The notes under the pieces were generated by a model. It made no database searches. It saw only the letters and a list, made by a program, of their open reading frames with translations, and was not told the DNA's origin. DNA of 64,000 nt, from the NCBI GenBank assembly GCA_021792255.1, contig JAJYUZ010000001.1, forward strand, positions 64,001 to 128,000. Reading direction: 5' to 3'. Source of the stretch: Thermoplasmata archaeon (GTDB lineage Archaea > Thermoplasmatota > Thermoplasmata > Thermoplasmatales > GCA-001856825). This document shows positions 59,500 through 64,000 of the stretch, piece after piece. A program made the position numbers and the translations under genes. Position 1 is the stretch's first letter, and the number at the start of each line of letters is the position of its first letter.

Positions 59500-60003
59500 T
59501 TAGAATTTCTTAAATTTAGGTCCACTCGTTCCGCAAACTGGGCATTTCTCTGGTGCTTTACCCATCACTGTATAGCCACACACCGGACATATGAAAATGT
59601 CGCTCTGTTCGATGTCTTTTTTAGCAGTTACGCTGTCGAGTGCCTTCCTGTATAGATCTTCGTGTATCTTTTCGGCCTCGAGGGCGTACTTGGTTGAGAC
59701 CTCTGCACCCCTTTCGTTCTGGAATTTTGCTACCTCGTTAAATACTGGATACATTTCGTTCACCTCATAGTGTTCTCCTTCGACTGCATCCTCCAGGTTC
59801 TCGGCCGTACTCTTGATCATCCCGAGGTTTCTATAGTGGTTGGTTGCATGGACAGTCTCTGCGAACGAAATCGCCTTGAATAGTTTCGAGACGTTCGGGT
59901 ACCCATTTTTGTCAGCGACCTCAGAATAAATAGAGTACTTCATTGCGGCTTTGCTTTCACCGCTAAAAGCCTCTTCTAAGTTATTTTTAGTCATTGACCT
60001 CAT
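59500..60003 (-). CDS. rbr: Rubrerythrin
   Basis: AFSGES; E-VHA; GE-YE---MYP; EKIH; rubredoxin CPVCG...CPVCG. Confidence 0.95.
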   Translation of the reverse strand: MRSMTKNNLEEAFSGESKAAMKYSIYSEVADKNGYPNVSKLFKAISFAETVHATNHYRNLGMIKSTAENLEDAVEGEHYEVNEMYPVFNEVAKFQNERGAEVSTKYALEAEKIHEDLYRKALDSVTAKKDIEQSDIFICPVCGYTVMGKAPEKCPVCGTSGPKFKKF

Positions 60004-60213
60004 TTAAATCACTAGTTGATTACAAGGTGGTTAATTAGAGCTACTGATTCCTGAAAATTAGATCCGGTAGGCAATGCTCTTATTCCAACACGAATTATTG
60101 ATTGTGTACTCCATAAAGAATATAATGATTAGAGCTCATCGCAACTGTAGAGTGCCATTATTTTCACACAAAAGGGCCATCTCTTTCAATCTACACTCTT
60201 AGGAGGAAATATT

Positions 60214-61383
60214 TTGGGATACCTATTCAAAGCTACGTCAATAAATATTGCTAGAGCGATCTACGCGCTCAACTGGTTCGACATAGCACCCGGCCTTATC
60301 TACATCTCCAATGATCTTGGATTGAAATTTGTACAGCTCGGAATTGCGACCACTTTCTTCTACCTGGGCTTAGGTCCATTTCAGTTTGTCGGAGGCGCAC
60401 TAGCCTCGAGGATAGGTTCGAGAAAAGTCGCCTTCATTGGCCTTTTGCTATTAGGAATAGGTGCTATTTATTCGGCATATTCATTCAATCTCTTAGAGTT
60501 AGCCTTTGCAAGATTTATTGCTGGCTGCGGGTCTGCATTCTTCTTTTCCCCCGGATTATCCATTTTAAGGGACATATCGCCCCCTGAGTCATTCGGATTC
60601 CAAGTTGGAATATATAATGGAGCGTTCAGTTTGGGTGGCGGAGTGGGAGCGTTTGGATGGGTATTCGTGGACAGGGCTATAGGGTGGCAATCGGGGCTCG
60701 TACTCGGTGGGGTAATGATGATTGCAATTGCCATCGAGAATTTCATAGTGCTTAGAGGAGGCAAAGAGGTATTAGCAGAAACCACCGGATTTGCTACTAA
60801 AATGCTCTCTATTGTTAAGAATAAGTTCCTCTGGATGCTGGCTATTGGTACGATTGTTTCGACCTTTGTTGAGACAATCGGTGGCCAATTTTTGGTCTAT
60901 TTCGGAGAAAACTATCTCAAAATGTCTCCTTCAGAGTCTGGTTTCATAGATGGATTGTTCCTGATTATTGGTTTTGTCGGTGGACTCGTCGGAGGATACT
61001 TTCTTTCAAATCCCACCAGAAGGAGACCGTTTACCTATCTTATGCTTGTGATGAGCGGGCTGGCCTTCATGATAATACCGTTTTCAAAAAGCTTCATCTT
61101 ACTGACATTTGATGTTGCTGTCGCGGGATTTTCAGTCGTTTCAGGCTTCTCTGCACTGTACGTCTTTGCGACTCCACATGCACGAGACAAGGCAATGGTT
61201 CCCTTTGCTCTTTCGTTTGTCAACTTTATAGGGATTGCGATCGGCTCGATATCGCCTTTCACATTTACACTTCTGACAGACAAGATAGGACCCGCATATG
61301 GCTGGGTAATACTGGGGGCAATAGGTATTGCGCTGGTTCCTCTTCTGCTCATGGCGAAAAATCCGGAGGGGGTCAATACTTAA
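60214..61383 (+). CDS. MFS transporter
   Basis: About 12 TM; G-LASRIGSRK; ARFIAG. Confidence 0.9.
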   Translation: MGYLFKATSINIARAIYALNWFDIAPGLIYISNDLGLKFVQLGIATTFFYLGLGPFQFVGGALASRIGSRKVAFIGLLLLGIGAIYSAYSFNLLELAFARFIAGCGSAFFFSPGLSILRDISPPESFGFQVGIYNGAFSLGGGVGAFGWVFVDRAIGWQSGLVLGGVMMIAIAIENFIVLRGGKEVLAETTGFATKMLSIVKNKFLWMLAIGTIVSTFVETIGGQFLVYFGENYLKMSPSESGFIDGLFLIIGFVGGLVGGYFLSNPTRRRPFTYLMLVMSGLAFMIIPFSKSFILLTFDVAVAGFSVVSGFSALYVFATPHARDKAMVPFALSFVNFIGIAIGSISPFTFTLLTDKIGPAYGWVILGAIGIALVPLLLMAKNPEGVNT

Positions 61384-61552
61384 GGGCTGTGCAGGTGTAT
61401 CATCCTCAAACCGAGGTGCAAAGTGACATGTCAGGTTTCATTTTTTGCATGAGCCTATAAGCTCAAGCACGAAGCATAAACCAAGAACTGCGTTCTGAAC
61501 TTCTAAAATTATTCACAAGGTTTTATTACCTTCTTTTTATAAGGATAAGCGA

Positions 61553-62566
61553 ATGTATAGGTTCGGGATTGCGGGCATTCCTCTTGGTTCTAAAGGCAGA
61601 ACGGTCAAAGATGCTGTTGAAAACACCTTCCAGCTAGGGTTGGACTATCTTGAAATTCAGCTGTTTAGAATAAGCACACAAGAACGAGAAATGCGGGATT
61701 TTGTAGGAACGAAACCAAAAGACCTCGATGAGATGCTCCTCGTTGATTTGCTAAGAAGTGACGATGAGGGGAAGTACAAATCTGTGGGCCTGAACACTGA
61801 AATCGAAGAGGATGATATAGGCACCGAACTCTTCTGGAGTATGGCAAGGGACTACAAAGAACTGAACCTCGCAAGAGATATCGCAAAGGAACTGGACGTT
61901 AAAATTTCTCTTCATACCCCATACTACGTGGATTTTTCAAACGAAGAAAGAATGGTCGTCGACTCGATTCAACACACGATATGGGGTGGAGTAATTGCTG
62001 ACTCACTCAACTCGCAATATCTGATAACTCATCTGGGACTAGCCTCCGCGGAAAGGAAGAAAAGCCTGACAAAAACGTCAGCCTCACTAAAACAGATAGC
62101 GGACAAAATGGCATCCCTCAAACTCAAGCCAAAGCTTTGTATCGAGAATTCTGGCAAAAATGAAGTGCTGGGAAGCGACGAAGAAATTGATTTCCTCTTG
62201 GGTAAGGTCAAAAATATAACTGCTGTTACGAATGTTTCGCACATATACTCGTCAAGAAAGAATAGCCCTACGGAACAAGAAGAATTTTCGGAAATCGTAG
62301 AGGAGACCAAAAAGAAAAAGAGACCTCTCTACTTCGAGTTCTCTGGGGTAGAATTCTTAGATCAGAGTGAGTATAGAATTACGCCGATCAAGAAGGGCAA
62401 CCTGAAATTTGAGCCATTCGCGGATGCACTTGCGGATTTTGACAATGAAATGACTCTAATCTCCTTTTCTCCCTTGCTCGAGCACGATGCCCTTTACATG
62501 AAAGTCATTTTTGAAAGGAGCATTCTAAAGAAGATTGGAAAAACGGTAAAGCCTCTGGCCCAATGA
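61553..62566 (+). CDS. Endonuclease IV-like TIM-barrel protein (degenerate)
   Basis: RFG-AG-P; SLHTPYY; THLG; IENSGK; FSGVE; SPLLEHDA; several metal ligands substituted. Confidence 0.75.
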   Translation: MYRFGIAGIPLGSKGRTVKDAVENTFQLGLDYLEIQLFRISTQEREMRDFVGTKPKDLDEMLLVDLLRSDDEGKYKSVGLNTEIEEDDIGTELFWSMARDYKELNLARDIAKELDVKISLHTPYYVDFSNEERMVVDSIQHTIWGGVIADSLNSQYLITHLGLASAERKKSLTKTSASLKQIADKMASLKLKPKLCIENSGKNEVLGSDEEIDFLLGKVKNITAVTNVSHIYSSRKNSPTEQEEFSEIVEETKKKKRPLYFEFSGVEFLDQSEYRITPIKKGNLKFEPFADALADFDNEMTLISFSPLLEHDALYMKVIFERSILKKIGKTVKPLAQ

Positions 62567-62650
62567 GTTGAATCAGAACGGGTCCAGGGCTTGAGGATCA
62601 GTTTGTTTCTCTAATAAAGGAATTCAAACCTCTGATACTTGACGGTCTGC

Positions 62651-63181
62651 TCAGATCTTTATTACTAACCGCGAATAGGCATGTGCGACCTTATTTACTT
62701 TGGGTCTTATTACCGCATTGCAATAGAGTGACCCAGGATTCTTCTTGAAGTAATCCTTGTGGTAAGTTTCTGCAGGATAGAAATTCTTTAGTGGTTTTAT
62801 AGCTGTTACGACTTTCTTCGAATATTCCTTCTGAACTTCTTCTACAGTTCTCCTAATAACTGACTCGTCTTCCTTATCGCTATAGAAAATAACAGATCGG
62901 TACTGTTCTCCGATGTCATCCCCCTGTTTATTAAGAGAGGTGGGGTCGTGCATTGTGAAGAATACATCGAGAATCTCTTGGAGCGATATTACATCCTGGT
63001 CGTACTCTACTCTGACCGCTTCTGCATGACCGGTACCACCTTCACACACAGTTTCGTACGATGGATTCTGAACAGTTCCACCTGAATAACCTGGCTGGGT
63101 AGAAGTGATTCCATTGATGACGGAAAACACAGCTTCAGTGCACCAGAAACACCCCCCGCCCAAGACTATCGATTTTGTCAC
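62651..63181 (-). CDS. msrA: Peptide-methionine (S)-S-oxide reductase
   Basis: GGCFWC; GYSGG; GHAE; QYRS; AETYH. Confidence 0.97.
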   Translation of the reverse strand: MTKSIVLGGGCFWCTEAVFSVINGITSTQPGYSGGTVQNPSYETVCEGGTGHAEAVRVEYDQDVISLQEILDVFFTMHDPTSLNKQGDDIGEQYRSVIFYSDKEDESVIRRTVEEVQKEYSKKVVTAIKPLKNFYPAETYHKDYFKKNPGSLYCNAVIRPKVNKVAHAYSRLVIKI

Positions 63182-63182
63182 A

Positions 63183-63563
63183 TTATACCTCAGTATCTGG
63201 AATGAATCTCATTGAAATGGAGTTGACACAGTGTCTCGCGTTTGTCGGAGTAAATCTCTCGCCGTAGAAAACGTGACCAAGATGGGCGTCACAGTTAGCA
63301 CATCTTATCTCGGTTCTTTCTTCATCCTTGTCCACGAGTTTTCTGATTGCCCCCTTTATTTCGTCATCAAAACTTGCCCACCCGCAGTCAGACTCGAATT
63401 TATCATTAGACCTGTAGAGTGGTTTATTGCACCTTCTGCAGACGTACACCCCCTTCTCGAAATGATCATAAAACTCTCCAGTGAAAGGTGGTTCAGTTCC
63501 TCCGTGAACTATCACCATCTCTTCTTCCCTTGTCAATTCGATATTCGACCTTCCCTCATTCAT
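63183..63563 (-). CDS. msrB: Peptide-methionine (R)-S-oxide reductase
   Basis: GTEPPF; CRRC; CGWASF; RTEI-C--C--HLGHVF; RHCVNS. Confidence 0.97.
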   Translation of the reverse strand: MNEGRSNIELTREEEMVIVHGGTEPPFTGEFYDHFEKGVYVCRRCNKPLYRSNDKFESDCGWASFDDEIKGAIRKLVDKDEERTEIRCANCDAHLGHVFYGERFTPTNARHCVNSISMRFIPDTEV

Positions 63564-63714
63564 TAGAGAATCAGGATGATTCGCAATAAAAACATGTTGT
63601 TGTGTCCTGAATTACTAAGTCATGGAACGAAATTTTGAATCCATCTAAAGAGCGTACTTTTAGCCGACTGAAAGAATACAAAAGAATATAAATGTCAGAA
63701 AAATAGACACCGAA

Positions 63715-64000
63715 TTGAGTGAATCTTCAAAGTACCTGGGCGACTGCATATTTTGCAGAATCTTGACTGGAAAAGAAGAGGGGACTTTCATATATAGGAA
63801 TGACAAGGTATCTGCCTTCCTGGACATTCATCCCCTGTTCGAAGGACACACGCTCGTAATTCCGAACGAACATTTTGTAGACATATCCGATGTCTCAGAA
63901 GAATCGCTGATTGAAGTCATGCGCGTAGCAAAGGTCATAAGCAGTCTAATGCTGAAAAATCTGAATGCAGAGGGAATTAACATAATGCACTCAACGGGAA
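63715..64000 (+). CDS. HIT family hydrolase, 5' part (runs off window; not in ORF track)
   Basis: Read by hand: (L)SESSKYLGDCIFCRIL...AFLDIHPLFEGHTLVIPNEH...GINIMHSTG; start codon uncertain. Confidence 0.9.
   Translation, partial: MSESSKYLGDCIFCRILTGKEEGTFIYRNDKVSAFLDIHPLFEGHTLVIPNEHFVDISDVSEESLIEVMRVAKVISSLMLKNLNAEGINIMHSTG

Noticed and set aside
61424-61433. Perfect palindrome TGACATGTCA
   Set aside because: 10-bp palindromes occur often by chance; no second supporting site, although it shares the TGTCA half-site.
1-64000. CRISPR array, rRNA, SRP/RNase P RNA, tRNA introns, inteins; the many short antisense ORFs in the track
   Set aside because: No regularly spaced repeats or long GC-rich structured tracts seen; tRNAs are contiguous; PolB and Cdc6 have normal lengths; the shadow ORFs lie opposite well-supported genes and have no motifs.

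Overview
Gene-dense, mostly housekeeping chromosomal segment of an archaeon. TFB, Gar1, family-B DNA polymerase, Cdc6/Orc1, IPK/type-2 IDI, Dph6 and tRNA genes without encoded CCA place it in Archaea. The gene set (FolC, MenA/MenG, Ta0216-type radical SAM, CutABC-like Mo hydroxylase) suggests Thermoplasmata; this is inference. Contents: three tRNAs (Lys-UUU, Val-GAC, Glu-CUC); a type IV pilus-like locus with two ATPases; a molybdenum-hydroxylase and maturation cluster; a quinone/isoprenoid gene neighbourhood; a HerA paralog beside an AddAB-like helicase-nuclease pair; a probable catabolic cluster downstream of tRNA-Glu; and a probable replication origin (two ORB boxes, one inside the folC 3' end) directly upstream of cdc6. 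About 3-5 kb from that origin lie a divergent second Cdc6 and a 183-aa degenerate N-domain-only FtsZ/tubulin homolog whose promoter carries three TGTCA repeats spaced exactly 11 bp apart. This is my best candidate for an undescribed system. Two genes absent from the ORF track (Trm112, HIT) were read by hand. I saw no CRISPR array, rRNA, transposase or integrase. All family calls come from motif recognition by eye, not from database searches.
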